In this document: piece by piece, positions 38,887 through 49,875 of the stretch
How positions within the stretch are numbered: position 1 is the stretch's first letter
Layout: every line of letters starts with the position of its first letter
Source: Ostreococcus lucimarinus
Lineage: Eukaryota
Direction: 5' to 3' (one strand)
Assembly: GCA_000092065.1 (NCBI GenBank)
Contig: CP000587.1
Length of the DNA stretch: 64,000 bases
Program-made: the position numbers and the translations under genes
The notes under the pieces: generated by a model
The model's input: only the letters and a program-made list of their open reading frames with translations
Databases searched by the model: none
What the model was told of the DNA's origin: nothing

Positions 38887-39549
38887 GTGCAACGCCTGGC
38901 GATGGCGTCAATCCCGACGCTACGCATCGCTTACGCCACGGGTAACCACGGCAAGTTTGCCGAAGCCAAGCACGTATTCAACAGACCGGAAAACCTCGCG
39001 CGAGCGAACGTGATTCTGCAGCAGTTCGACGTGGACACTGTTGAAATACAAGGCTCAAAAGTGGACATCAGCAAGCACAAGCTCAAAGAGGCGGCGACGA
39101 TTCTTTTTCAAGAGGCAGATGCGGGCGATTTTGATTACCTCCTCGTCGAAGACGTGTCACTCGATCTCGACGCCTTGAACGGATTCCCGGGGCCCTATTG
39201 CAAACCCATGCTTGAAGCGATCGGACCCGATGGACTATGGGACGTGATGTCCCGGTACGAAGATCGTAACGCGACGGTTACGTGCACGGTTGGAGCGATG
39301 GCCGTGCGAGCGGGGGGCTCTCGCGAGACGAATGTGTTTATCGGCTCTATCAGGGGAACGATGGTGCCTCCGCGAGGTGAAGTCAAGCACGGCAAGGCGT
39401 CGTGGAACAGCGTTTTCCAGCCCGCGGGATTCGCCAAGACGTTTGGAGAACTGCAGTTCGTGGAGCAAGCGGAGATTTCGCACAGGCGCATTGCGCTTGA
39501 GAAGTTTTTAGGAAACGCAATCGAGGCGGCGACAGAGGTCAACTGTTAG
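38887..39549 (+). CDS. ITPA: Inosine triphosphate pyrophosphatase (Ham1/ITPA)
   Basis: IAYATGNHGKFAEAK, LNGFPGPYCKPMLEAIGPDGLW and FGELQFVEQAEISHRRIALEKF are canonical ITPase blocks. The homologous start is the second Met at 38902. Confidence 0.85.
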   Translation: MQRLAMASIPTLRIAYATGNHGKFAEAKHVFNRPENLARANVILQQFDVDTVEIQGSKVDISKHKLKEAATILFQEADAGDFDYLLVEDVSLDLDALNGFPGPYCKPMLEAIGPDGLWDVMSRYEDRNATVTCTVGAMAVRAGGSRETNVFIGSIRGTMVPPRGEVKHGKASWNSVFQPAGFAKTFGELQFVEQAEISHRRIALEKFLGNAIEAATEVNC

Positions 39550-39599
39550 AAGATCTTGTAGCATGATTATTAGCCATATATAGATAGAACGGTGTCTCG

Positions 39600-41210
39600 T
39601 TAGTAGTACGTCGGATCATCGCGCGAGTTGCGAGACGGCCTCGCCCGTCTAGCATCGCCGTCGTCCCGAAACGGTCGCCTTTCGTCTTCGTAATACTCGT
39701 CCACTTCGTACTCATCTCTTGAGCGACCACCGCGACGTTCATTTTTACTTCGCGACTTGCCGAGCTCGACCGATCGTCGACCGATGAGAAACCAAATCCT
39801 AATCAACAATAGTGCGCGGCTCGGAAGCGAAAATAATTCCTCGACGACAATGTCTCGCCATTCTGCGAGCTGCCGAGCGTCGTTTTGCGACGAAACCTCC
39901 ATGACGGCTTCGTCGTAGTCATCTAACGGCTCGTGATCGTCCGCGAACTCTTCTTCGTGGAAATGCCGACCCAACCTGCGCGGTTGGCGTTTCGCGCCGG
40001 CGTTTCGCGCCGCAACCGCCACGTTCGCCACCGCGGCGAATATCGCGAGCGTCGTGATCCCGGCTGCGAGTGGAAGCACTTGCGATGAGGGTGTCGCGCT
40101 CACACCGACGCTCGATCGGCCACTGTTGCCGTCGAAACCTAGCGTGCTTCCGAGTGCGCCAGTCAGCGCGTTGAATGGATTTTGAGCCGTTTGGCGCGAG
40201 AAGGACGACGCGTCGCTCGCTGCCGACACCCCTCGTCGCGTTGTCATCGCCGACGACGCGCTCTGCGGAGATTTGCGCAAGTCAATCGCCAATGTAGGCG
40301 CTGTTCGACCCGTGGCTTCTTCAGCGAACTCGAGCAAAGCGCCGACGCTTCTGTCGGCGCTCGCGTGGCGGTACACCGGCCCTTTGCCCGCGGGCAAAGC
40401 GACGATGGTTGGAAAAGTCTTGGCGCGAAAGTATTTCGCCGCAAACTGCTTCATCTCAGCGCTATCGCATCTCAGCCGGCACACGCGCACGGTGGGGTCG
40501 TTGGCGTAGCACACCGCTACCGCCGTCCACGCCGGCTGCACGTCGTCGCACCATCGGCAATTCTCCGTCTCCACCAGCAGCATCACCGTCTCGTCCCTGT
40601 GCGTCAGCATCCCCACCACATCATCTCGCGTCAACTCTTCCACCGCGCTCGCGCTCACCACGGCGTGCGTTCGCGTCGTCGGCGCGCTCATCCGTCTCTG
40701 TTCGCTCCTCGACCGTCTCGCTCGCGCGAACTCCGCGTCGCGTTCTCGTTCGCTCATCGCCGTCGTCCGTCGACTCCCGTACTCTCCCACTTCACCTCGT
40801 CTCCATCGTCCATCATCATTCGTCGTCGGAATCAACAGCCGCTGTCCGACGTACAGCGCCGGCGCGTCTTCGTCGTTTCCTTCGTCGTCGAACCGAATCC
40901 CATTCGCCTCGCACACCGCCTCCGCGCTCGTCCCGTGCGCTCGCGCGATCTCGTTCAGCGTGTCCCCGTACATCACCGTGTGCACGTCGTAATCATCCCG
41001 ATCCCGATCCCTCGCTCGCGCGTCGTTCGTTCGCGACGCCCGCGCCGTCGTCGTCGTCGTCGTCGTCCCGCGCGACCGTTGGCGACGATTCCGCCGAAGA
41101 CGACGCCCGTCGCGCGTCGCGCCGCGCTCGATCGCGCGCGTCGACGCCGCGCCGCGCGTCGCGCGCGTCGACATCGCGGTCGTCTCCTTCGTGCTTCGCG
41201 CGCGCCGCAC
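39600..41210 (-). CDS. LysM-domain + thioredoxin-fold (CxxC) membrane protein
   Basis: LysM is YGDTLNEIARAHGTSAEAVCEANGIR...LYVGQRLLIP. The Trx-like block contains ENCRWCDD. One or two predicted TM helices (VLPLAAGITTLAIFAAVANVAVAA; WFLIGRR). Confidence 0.6.
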   Translation of the reverse strand: MRRARSTKETTAMSTRATRGAASTRAIERGATRDGRRLRRNRRQRSRGTTTTTTTARASRTNDARARDRDRDDYDVHTVMYGDTLNEIARAHGTSAEAVCEANGIRFDDEGNDEDAPALYVGQRLLIPTTNDDGRWRRGEVGEYGSRRTTAMSERERDAEFARARRSRSEQRRMSAPTTRTHAVVSASAVEELTRDDVVGMLTHRDETVMLLVETENCRWCDDVQPAWTAVAVCYANDPTVRVCRLRCDSAEMKQFAAKYFRAKTFPTIVALPAGKGPVYRHASADRSVGALLEFAEEATGRTAPTLAIDLRKSPQSASSAMTTRRGVSAASDASSFSRQTAQNPFNALTGALGSTLGFDGNSGRSSVGVSATPSSQVLPLAAGITTLAIFAAVANVAVAARNAGAKRQPRRLGRHFHEEEFADDHEPLDDYDEAVMEVSSQNDARQLAEWRDIVVEELFSLPSRALLLIRIWFLIGRRSVELGKSRSKNERRGGRSRDEYEVDEYYEDERRPFRDDGDARRARPSRNSRDDPTYY

Positions 41211-41399
41211 TGCCGATCGCGCCGCGCCTCGACGTCGCGCGGCGCCCTTCCCGCCCTCGTCCAGATTTTTTCGTCTTCGCGCGCGACGGGGCCTCGCCGG
41301 CTCGAGGGGCCGCGACGCGTCGGGTGACGATCGCGCGCGGCCACCGGTGCGCGCTGAAGCGACGAGAACGCAAAGAATTTTGGTACAAATTACAATTTT

Positions 41400-44300
41400 T
41401 CAGCCGTCGTCCGTTTCGTATTCGCTCTCTTCGTCGTCGCCGTCGTCTGTCTCATATTCGTCGTCGTCGTCTGTCTCATATTCGTCTTCGTCGTCGTCGT
41501 CGTCGTACCGCGTAACCGCGGGTCTACGACCGTGTAGAGCGCGGCGGAGTAGTGCTCGGCCGAAATGAAGATCATCTTCCGCGTCGTCACTGTCGCTATC
41601 GATGAAGTCAGAGTCGTATTCGCTGGAATCGTCGTCTCCCGAGTGCACGCCTTCGCCGTCGTCGTCGTAACGCACCCAATCGACCTCAGCCTCGCGCACC
41701 ATCTCGCGTAGACTGTTAATTTGATGCCGAATGCGCGCTTCGTTGATGTTTACCCGACCGTCTGCATCCTCAATGCGTTCTTCCGAGTCTTCGTCCGAAT
41801 AATCTTCTTCCCATCCATCGTGGTCCATGTTCAAAACCATGGGCTCGATCTCTTCGTGCTCGTCTTCGACGTCTGATTCGTCATCGGCTGGTCGTAGTCT
41901 CCCAACTTCGTGCAGACGCACGGTTGACTCGTGTGTGTTCAAGATATCATACTCCACCGTAGCGCAAAGAGTGTCGGAATTCACATCCCACGCGGCGTCA
42001 ATCATGCCCGAAGGAACGTCGACAGTGCAAATATCTGAATAATCGAGCATGTCGATGGTACAAAAAGAATGCTTGTACGGATGATGACACTTGCGCAAGG
42101 ATGAAAGCGGTGGCTCGTTTCTAGGGTGTAAAATGTGCGCCATACCCACGGTGCCGGTGAGGTTGAACTTTAGCGCTGCACGGTCGAGTGAAGGCACCAC
42201 GCGGAGCAAGCGTGATGACCGAATGTCCCACACTTCCCGCCCGATAATGATTTCGTTTCCTCCCGGATGGAAACACGCGCCCGCAGCCTCTGAATAACGG
42301 TCGAATCGTCGAATTGGCTTATCATTCGCCAATCGTACATCCCAGAGTACTTCATCCCACAAAATCAAGTCGTCGCTTGGAGAAAATGAAACTTCGTCGT
42401 TGTTTTTCGTCAATAACGGAGGGCCGCCAGTGTTCGAGGTGAGCCTGCGTGTAACGCGATGTGTTTCCATGTCCGCGAGCTCGACGACTGATTCGAGGCT
42501 ACCGCTGACAAATTGAGAGCCCGTGGAGTTTATGGCGCACCCAGAGTGACCAGAGCACCAAAGCATGTAGGGCGCATCGTCTGGATTCGGGAGGCTCCAA
42601 ATTGAGCAGCTTTCCACCGACGTAACGGCGAATAACGGTGTCGGGCACAGCGGACCAGCCGCCGCAATCTTGCGAATGGCGCCACTGACCCTCCCTGGCG
42701 TGGCGGCTATTTCCAAGAGCTCTCCAGATATGTGGTCGTACAGATGAAGCTCGCCGTCATTGTCACCGATGATGATTTGTTCCGGCACGCCATACAAGAA
42801 AGACGCGGCGGTGAATAAGCAATCATTGCCCCGAATCGCGCGCAGCGGTCTGAATCTGCTGTACACAAAGTGTCGATCAGCTCGACGCATGCCGGCATCC
42901 CAGCCAGTCACGTTAGCCCACTCACGCTGGCGAAGACGAGCCGTCAAGTTTCGCGGTGCTTCAAGAATACGTTTTGGCTGAGGACACTGATGCGGCGCAA
43001 GCAAAGAGAAGGGAGCGCACGCCGTAATCGGCGCGGCGCACTGCCGATGCTGAGCTCGGAGGTATTGCGTCAGAATAGAATCTAATCGCGAACGCACGCC
43101 ACAACCCGTTTCACCGCGTGGTGCATCGGAGACCAACACACCGGGTGTAGGAAACTCTTTGTGAACGCGCTCCTTCACGCTTGGCGATGGTGTTTGGTGT
43201 TCATTCGCACAGCAGGCGCGTTCTGTTGCACCAACTGCAATGGGTGGTGTGATAAGAGATTTCCGTATTTCTTCTCCGTTAGTTTTTCGCTTTTTGCCTC
43301 GTCGTGTGCTGCAAGGAGTAACAACAATACCATTTGCTCCTGGTTTGCTCGTTTTGACCGAATTGACCGAAGTTGTGACCACTGCGGGTGAAAGTTTGCT
43401 GGCTCGACTTGATTCTCCACGCCGTGGCCCTTTGCGCGGCGGCGCTTGAGTGGAGCCTTGCTCGAGCCCAAGAGTGAACGGTTCGCCCGCAATCCCGAGC
43501 ATACCGCGTGCCGCACCAGTCATTCTCGATCGTGGTGCACGCCGATACATCTTTGTGCGAGCTGTCTTGCTCTTGAAATTTAGCTTGAGGCGCGGCGCAG
43601 GCGAAGGACACAAACGACCTACACTCGCGCTGCGACCCGGGCGCTCCATCCCCGCCTCGTCCACGAGCGAAGCCGCGGTACTCGTCAAGCCAGCCGCGAC
43701 GAGATGCTCATGCATTATTTGTAAAAGCTCGTTGTGCGGATATCGAACTTTAGTTGCAGCTGCAATCAAGTGTCGTTCGAGTTTCGCCAGAGGCGGCGCC
43801 GCAGCGTCGGACGCCACCGCGGGCGTCGTCGCTTTGACGTTTGCAAACCCTGCGGTTGCCGCGATGAGCTCCACGGCGCATCGATGAAACTCTGTGGCGG
43901 CAGCCTGAACCGTAGCAGCTGTACCGTTTTCGCGCTTCGAGTCCACGATCGCTAGTTCGTCAAACGCGGAGTGTTGCGTCGTCCCCGTCTCGCGCAAAAG
44001 CTCTGAAAGATGCCGCGCTATTTGCAGCGTCTGTAGAGTGTTTGCGATTGACGCATCGCGAGATAACCCGAGCAAGGCACGACAACAAAGTGCTCTAGAT
44101 ATGTTCATAGACGGCTGAGGTAACGTCTTCGACGTTTTAAACAGCAGGTTGAGCAAAGACTTAACGCCAAAAGCCTCTCGGATATGTTTCCGCCCCGCCT
44201 CAAACGTTTCCTCCATTCGCGCGTAGTCAAAAACTGAGAACGACTTGCCATCGATGCTGTGAGAGCGCTGTAACTTCCCACTCTGTGATTTAGCATCGGT

Positions 44301-46367
44301 ACTATGCAAGGCGTAAGGGGGAGAAACGAGATTGCAAACGACTTTCAAAGCCTCGACCACGGCTTCAGTGTCGACCGCCTCTGCCGCATTCTCGACGACA
44401 TCTATGAGAACGTACCCAGAAGAGTAATATTCATCAAATTGCGCCTTTGCCGTGTGCACTCTTCCAGTGGGATGTGACGTCACAATCTTTAAAACGCTTA
44501 AAGATCCCAAAACGCACTCGCGAAGAGTTTTTTCACCCGGAGCCAAAGTGAGCAAGTCGAGCATCACCTTCGGCCCTTTTTGCGCCACGAAGGCTTCTAT
44601 GACGAGCCACGACTTGGTTTGCATGACGGCGGCGATGCGCTTTTGGCGACTCACTAAGCTAAATAGTCGCTCCGTCGCATCGTATCCGATATCCATCGCT
44701 TGTAGCATCGCACGATTATTGGTGCTCGTACTCTTCTTCGATTTGCCCATCACCTTTTCTTCGATCGCTTTGACGTGTTGCGCAAAATGCGCGCGCATGT
44801 ACTGTCTAAGCAACAAGCTCACGTGATCTCCAGTCTCTTTCGCCTGCGAAATCTCGTTCGGAGACATCGATGGGCGCACCTTATCTACGTCTACAACCAT
44901 CACTGCCAACGTCCGAAGGACGTCAAGGACGAGCTTGAGGCCAGCCTCCGCGTCAAACGCCACGACGACGACGGGGATTTGCATGGCAAACGTCAGGAAC
45001 AATGCGGCTTGACGACGCGCGTACTCGTTGCTGCAATCCAAAAGCTCGAGCGATACTTTCACATATCGTCGTGCCAAGTCCACCTGCGGCGACACGAGAC
45101 GTTCGAGCGCCGTGGTGATGCTCGCGATACCGAATAGGCAGCGCGTCAAATTGTAGTACGTCATAGGCCCTCTGGGAATGTTTAGCAACAACTTTGCGCC
45201 ACCGGCGTCAATGAAAGAAATCGCAAACTTCCGATGCGCCAGAAACGCACTGACGATAGAGAGCGCTTCGGATAGTTGAGGATCTCCAGGCCAAGCCGAA
45301 GTTTCTCCGTGGTGCCGCTTGAAGCCGTACTTCTCAAGCCACCCGTTTTCGCGGGGTCCCGCGACGAGACGCAGAGAGAGTTCGAGGACACCGTGCTTGA
45401 GTGCCTCTGCAAAACACTCAACATAATCGCCTATTGCTCCCACACACGTCAAGCGCGCTTGCATTAACGAGCGATGAAGATCGTCGTGATCGCCCGCATC
45501 GAGTCCGCTCGAGCAACCTTCGCCGGCGTCCTCGGCTAAACGCAACGTGTCCTCGCAAGAAATTTCCCACGCGGGCATGTCTTCGCCACCGCGACAGATC
45601 AACCGCACGAGCGGTATCAACAAACTCTCCATCACCCCGTTTCGTATGTTATCGCTCGCCGCGGTATCCGTGACGAGTAACGAGCAAAGCGCGCCCATCG
45701 CGTACGTCTTCAGCCGCCGCATGTCCAATTCCGCCGTCGGCCCGAGCAAGTGTTCGTTATCTCGCCTCGCCTCCATCGCTTGCACGTACGACCGACCCTC
45801 AAACGCGATCTCGCTCAGCACGTTGCAATACAAATCTTTCGTCGCATCATCGAACGGAAGGATTGAACATTTTTGCGCGTTTCGCATTCGGCACCCCAAC
45901 CCGCACGCGCGCATCACCCGCATCGCTCCCGCTTGCTCGCACAGTGCGCTGACGTACATCTGCTCCCCCACGGCGATGTCAACGATCGACCGCCGCCACT
46001 CAGGCTTGAACGGCATGTCATCGATCGCCTTCAGCCCGGCGTACTCGCGTCGGAGCGCGCTCGAGCACGACCCGCTGAAATCCTCAAAGCCTCGTTCCTC
46101 GCGTTCGATCGCGCGCGCCAGCGCGTGATACGACCGCGTCGCATCGTCAATAGCGCCTCGCGTGCGCGCCGCGACGACGCTTTTCCACGCCTCCTCCATC
46201 TCGCGCGCGTTTCGTTTCGATTCCGCCGCGAACGTCGACGCCGCCAACTTCTCCACGCTCGGCGGCACCGCGTGCTCGCGCGTTCGACGCCCCCGCGCGC
46301 GAGGCGTCGCCTCGCCGCCCGCGCCGCCGCTCGTCGTCGCGCGCGGCATCGCGTCGCCGCGCGGCAT
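41400..46367 (-). CDS. DCAF1: DCAF1/VprBP-like CRL4 substrate receptor: armadillo-like N-terminal region, LisH motif, WD40 domain, acidic C-terminal tail
   Basis: LisH is ELLQIMHEHLVAAGLTSTAASLVDEAG. The WD40 region runs ...LFAVTSVESCSIWSL...ILWDEVLWDVR...REVWDIRSSRLL. The tail is DDEDEYETDDDDEYETDDGDDEESEYETDDG. The ORF extends to 46844 through Arg-rich read-through; the likely start is ~46367. Confidence 0.75.
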   Translation of the reverse strand: MPRGDAMPRATTSGGAGGEATPRARGRRTREHAVPPSVEKLAASTFAAESKRNAREMEEAWKSVVAARTRGAIDDATRSYHALARAIEREERGFEDFSGSCSSALRREYAGLKAIDDMPFKPEWRRSIVDIAVGEQMYVSALCEQAGAMRVMRACGLGCRMRNAQKCSILPFDDATKDLYCNVLSEIAFEGRSYVQAMEARRDNEHLLGPTAELDMRRLKTYAMGALCSLLVTDTAASDNIRNGVMESLLIPLVRLICRGGEDMPAWEISCEDTLRLAEDAGEGCSSGLDAGDHDDLHRSLMQARLTCVGAIGDYVECFAEALKHGVLELSLRLVAGPRENGWLEKYGFKRHHGETSAWPGDPQLSEALSIVSAFLAHRKFAISFIDAGGAKLLLNIPRGPMTYYNLTRCLFGIASITTALERLVSPQVDLARRYVKVSLELLDCSNEYARRQAALFLTFAMQIPVVVVAFDAEAGLKLVLDVLRTLAVMVVDVDKVRPSMSPNEISQAKETGDHVSLLLRQYMRAHFAQHVKAIEEKVMGKSKKSTSTNNRAMLQAMDIGYDATERLFSLVSRQKRIAAVMQTKSWLVIEAFVAQKGPKVMLDLLTLAPGEKTLRECVLGSLSVLKIVTSHPTGRVHTAKAQFDEYYSSGYVLIDVVENAAEAVDTEAVVEALKVVCNLVSPPYALHSTDAKSQSGKLQRSHSIDGKSFSVFDYARMEETFEAGRKHIREAFGVKSLLNLLFKTSKTLPQPSMNISRALCCRALLGLSRDASIANTLQTLQIARHLSELLRETGTTQHSAFDELAIVDSKRENGTAATVQAAATEFHRCAVELIAATAGFANVKATTPAVASDAAAPPLAKLERHLIAAATKVRYPHNELLQIMHEHLVAAGLTSTAASLVDEAGMERPGRSASVGRLCPSPAPRLKLNFKSKTARTKMYRRAPRSRMTGAARGMLGIAGEPFTLGLEQGSTQAPPRKGPRRGESSRASKLSPAVVTTSVNSVKTSKPGANGIVVTPCSTRRGKKRKTNGEEIRKSLITPPIAVGATERACCANEHQTPSPSVKERVHKEFPTPGVLVSDAPRGETGCGVRSRLDSILTQYLRAQHRQCAAPITACAPFSLLAPHQCPQPKRILEAPRNLTARLRQREWANVTGWDAGMRRADRHFVYSRFRPLRAIRGNDCLFTAASFLYGVPEQIIIGDNDGELHLYDHISGELLEIAATPGRVSGAIRKIAAAGPLCPTPLFAVTSVESCSIWSLPNPDDAPYMLWCSGHSGCAINSTGSQFVSGSLESVVELADMETHRVTRRLTSNTGGPPLLTKNNDEVSFSPSDDLILWDEVLWDVRLANDKPIRRFDRYSEAAGACFHPGGNEIIIGREVWDIRSSRLLRVVPSLDRAALKFNLTGTVGMAHILHPRNEPPLSSLRKCHHPYKHSFCTIDMLDYSDICTVDVPSGMIDAAWDVNSDTLCATVEYDILNTHESTVRLHEVGRLRPADDESDVEDEHEEIEPMVLNMDHDGWEEDYSDEDSEERIEDADGRVNINEARIRHQINSLREMVREAEVDWVRYDDDGEGVHSGDDDSSEYDSDFIDSDSDDAEDDLHFGRALLRRALHGRRPAVTRYDDDDDEDEYETDDDDEYETDDGDDEESEYETDDG

Positions 46368-46560
46368 CGCGCGCGCGCCGCTCTGCCGAGCCGCCGGCGC
46401 GTCGCCGGCATTCGTCGACGCGTTCGAGTCGGCACAGACGCGCTCGCGAACGCATCGCGCGCCGAACGAGCGCGACGACTCGGCGTCGCTCGGTCGCGCG
46501 CGTCGTCGGACCTCGCGCCGCGCCCGTCGTCCGCGTCGCTCGCGCGCGCGCGTTCGGACG

Positions 46561-48705
46561 ATGTTTCGATTGACGACGACGTCCCCGGCGTTGGCGACGC
46601 GATGCGCGCTCGGACGGCGCATCGCGGGCGCGCATCGCGCGCGAATGACGACGTGCAACGCACGGCGGCACGATGTCGTCGGAACGCGCGTCGTGGGCGC
46701 GCGACGAGACGCGAGGACGCGATGGACGGGGGCGGGCGCGAGCGCGGCGGCGAGCGATAAGGCGAACGCGACGGCGAGCGACGCGGAGCCGGTGAAACTG
46801 CTGACGAGCGATGAGAGCGAGAATTTGTTGAAAATACGACACACGGTGCGTTGGAAATGCGAGGCGTGGGGAGACTTGCGTCGGTGGTGGATCGGACGAC
46901 GACGCGCGAGGGGCGAGCGGAGGGGGTTTGTGCGCGACCTGAACCACGCAGGGACGAAAGGAGACTGACGATGGGTTCGCTGATTTTACGCTTCGCAGAG
47001 CGCGCACGTGATGGCGATGGCGGTGCAAAAGGTGTTTCCGAGCGCGCAGTGCACGATCGGGCCTTGGATCGACCGGGGATTTTATTACGACTTTTACTAC
47101 CCAGAGGGTTTCACCGATCAAGACATGAAGAAGATTCAAAAGGAAATGTATAAGATTATTCGCAAGGATTACCCGCTTCGCAGGGAGGAAGTGTCGCGAG
47201 AAGAAGCCGAACGCCGAATCCGGGAGATTAACGAGCCGTACAAGCTCGAAATCTTAGAAGCCATCAAGACGGAGCCGATTACGATTTATCACATCGGCGA
47301 CGAGTGGTGGGATTTGTGCGCGGGACCTCACGTGGAGTCCACGGGCAAGCTTGATCAGAAAGCGTTCGCGCTCGAAAGTTTGGCTGGGGCGTACTGGCGT
47401 GGTGACGAAACGAAGCCGATGTTGCAGCGCATTTACGGCACGGCGTGGGAGAATGAAGCACAGCTTCAGGCGTACAACGATTTCAAGGCGGAGGCGAAGC
47501 GTCGCGATCACCGAACGATCGGTAAGGATTTGGGTTTGTTCTCCCTTCAACAAGATAACGCTGGCGGCGGCTTGGTGTTTTGGCATCCGAAAGGCGCGCA
47601 CATGCGACACATGATCGAGACGTACTGGAAGGATCTCCATCTGGCGCGCGGGTACGAGCTCTTGTACTCACCGCACGTCGCCAGGCAAGAGTTGTGGAAA
47701 ACCTCTGGTCACAGCGATTTTTATTCCGAGAACATGTACCAGCCCATCAAGGTTGAAGATGAAATGTATCAGCTCAAACCGATGAACTGCCCGTTCCACA
47801 TCGTCGTTTACCAAGACGGATACTACTCGTACAAGGATTTACCCATTCGTTGGGCTGAGCTTGGCACGGTGTATAGATATGAACGTAGCGGCACCATGCA
47901 CGGCTTGTTCCGAGTGAGAGGTTTCACGCAGGATGACGCGCATATATTCTGCCTCCCGGATCAAATCACAGACGAGATCAAGAGCGTTCTCGATTTGACT
48001 GAAGAAATTCTGAGCACGTTTGGTTTTAAGGAGTTTGAAGTCAACCTATCCACCAGGCCGGAAAAGTCTGTCGGCGACGACAAGATTTGGGACACCGCGG
48101 AAGGTGCGCTTAAGGACGCATTGCAAATGAAGGGATGGGATTACATCGTCGACGACGGCGGTGGAGCGTTCTACGGGCCGAAGATTGACATTAAGATTTT
48201 GGACGCAATCGGGCGTAAGTGGCAATGCTCCACGGTGCAGCTCGACTTCAACCTGCCGGAGCGATTCGACCTATCCTACGTCGATCGCGAGAACGCAAAG
48301 CAGCGACCAATCATGATTCACCGCGCCATTTTCGGTTCCCTTGAGAGATTCTTCGGTATTCTCACCGAGAACTACGCCGGGGAGTTCCCGTTGTGGCTCG
48401 CCCCGATTCAAGTGCGCTTGCTTCCTGTGACGGACGAAGTCAGCGATTATACCGAAGGCGTCGCGAAAAAGCTCCGCGATGCGGGCGTGCGCGTTGAAAT
48501 TTGCACCGGACAACGTCTCGCTAAGCTCGTGCGCACGGCTGAGAAGGCAAAGATCCCGGTCATGGCGGTCGTCGGTAGAGAAGAAGCGGAGAACAACACG
48601 TTGGCTGTGCGTACGTTCAAGGATGGCGACGTCGGTACATTGTCTGTCGACGAAGTGTTGTCACGCGTCACCACCGCGAACGCGACAAAGGGTCAAAGCT
48701 TCTAG
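46561..48705 (+). CDS. Threonyl-tRNA synthetase, bacterial/organellar type with transit peptide, 2 exons: 46561..46845 and 46999..48705
   Basis: Exon 2 after cgcag| reads SAHVMAMAVQKVFPSAQCTIGPWIDRGFYYDF..., matching E. coli ThrS SSHILAHAVKQLFP...IGPVIDNGFYYD. The class II core is present (LKPMNCPFH, VRGFTQDDAHIFC). Exon 1 MFRLTTTSPALATRC... ends ...ENLLKIRHT|GTGCGT, corresponding to E. coli EGLEIIRHS. The N-terminus is S/T/R-rich. Confidence 0.8.
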
Positions 48706-48793
48706 GAAGAGTCATTATGGACGATAAACGCATCTTTTGTAATCGCTAATCACAACTGGAATATTCTTTACTTAACACGCCGCGTCTCCGTCA

Positions 48794-49456
48794 TCAATCG
48801 AAGTCGCTGTCTTCGTCGTCGCTATTCAACGCCATCTTCGCCCCTCGACGAATATTCGTCGCCTTATCTATCACATTCATCGCCTTCTTAGCCGCCCGCG
48901 GGTTCGCATCGCAGTCGTTATCGCCACCTTCGTAATTAATCACCCCCTTCGAAGCGAGCACCAGACGCAAATGCTCTGTGGGAAAATCATCCGTCCCGCC
49001 GACGTCGTCGAAACCGACAATATAATCCACAACCTTGGTGTTACGAATCAGACAGAGCGTCGGCAACATCCAAATTTTAAGCTTTTCCGTCAAAAACGGC
49101 GACTTCTCGGCGTTGATTCTACAGACTAACGTCTCCGTGTGCTTCCTCGCCACCGCCGCGACGTGTTTATCCATCACCTCGCACGGCCACGACGAAGTTC
49201 TATAAAAATGTACAATCATCTTATCCTCTCCCTTCATCTTTTCGAAAAACGCTTTCTCATCATCTAAATCATTCACCACCCCGTGTCCACGCTCCAGCGC
49301 GCTCTTCCGCGCTTCGTGCGTCGATTTCATCGCCTCCAAGCGTTTCCTTCGAATATCCTCCAACGCGTCGCCGTCCATCTTTTCCAATCGATGCAGCTCA
49401 TCGTCCACGGAATCCTCCACCGCGCGCGCCATGTCGTACACCTTTTGCTCCACCAT
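48794..49456 (-). CDS. TXNDC9: Thioredoxin domain-containing protein 9 / phosducin-like protein 3 (PhLP3)
   Basis: Coiled N-terminus, then a Trx-like block FFEKMKGEDKMIVHFYR...WPCEVMDKH...IWMLPTLCLIRN...VVDYIVGFDDVGG...FPTEHLR, then an acidic C-terminus. Confidence 0.75.
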   Translation of the reverse strand: MVEQKVYDMARAVEDSVDDELHRLEKMDGDALEDIRRKRLEAMKSTHEARKSALERGHGVVNDLDDEKAFFEKMKGEDKMIVHFYRTSSWPCEVMDKHVAAVARKHTETLVCRINAEKSPFLTEKLKIWMLPTLCLIRNTKVVDYIVGFDDVGGTDDFPTEHLRLVLASKGVINYEGGDNDCDANPRAAKKAMNVIDKATNIRRGAKMALNSDDEDSDFD

Positions 49457-49875
49457 GGCCTATCGCGTTCGAGTTGCGTCAGTCGTCGTCCGTTCGCGTT
49501 CGGTCGCGGTCAACGCGCGCGCGACAGCTCGAAAGTCAAAAAATCAAATCGACGCGCGCGCGGCGTGTCGCTTTCACCGTCGCGCGCGGCGCTTTTCGAA
49601 CGCACCTGCATCGCGTCGTTAGCGTTCATCGCGCGCGCGTCCTCCGTCGTCGCACGCGGTGTGTCGTCGTCGCGATCGCGTCGTCGTCGCGTTCTGACGC
49701 TCGGAGTGAGCCGTGAGCGTAAAGTCTTCTTTGAGCGATACTGATTATAAAACTTCTCGAACGAGCGTCGCGCGCGCGAAGAATCGGACGAGCGAGGACG
49801 CCGAGCGATATCGCTCAAACGTCTTTTCTCGCACGTCGTCACCGATTCGCGCGGCACGGCGCCGTCGATTTGATT

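Noticed and set aside
41400-41530. 27-bp direct repeat ttcgtcgtcgtcgtctgtctcatattcg x2
   Set aside because: It encodes the duplicated DDEYETDD units of the acidic DCAF1 C-terminal tail, so it is coding.
46368-46844. N-terminal ~160 aa of the DCAF1 ORF
   Set aside because: Low-complexity Arg/Ala sequence in a GC-rich head-to-head promoter region. Homology to DCAF1 begins later, and the segment overlaps ThrRS exon 1 on the opposite strand.
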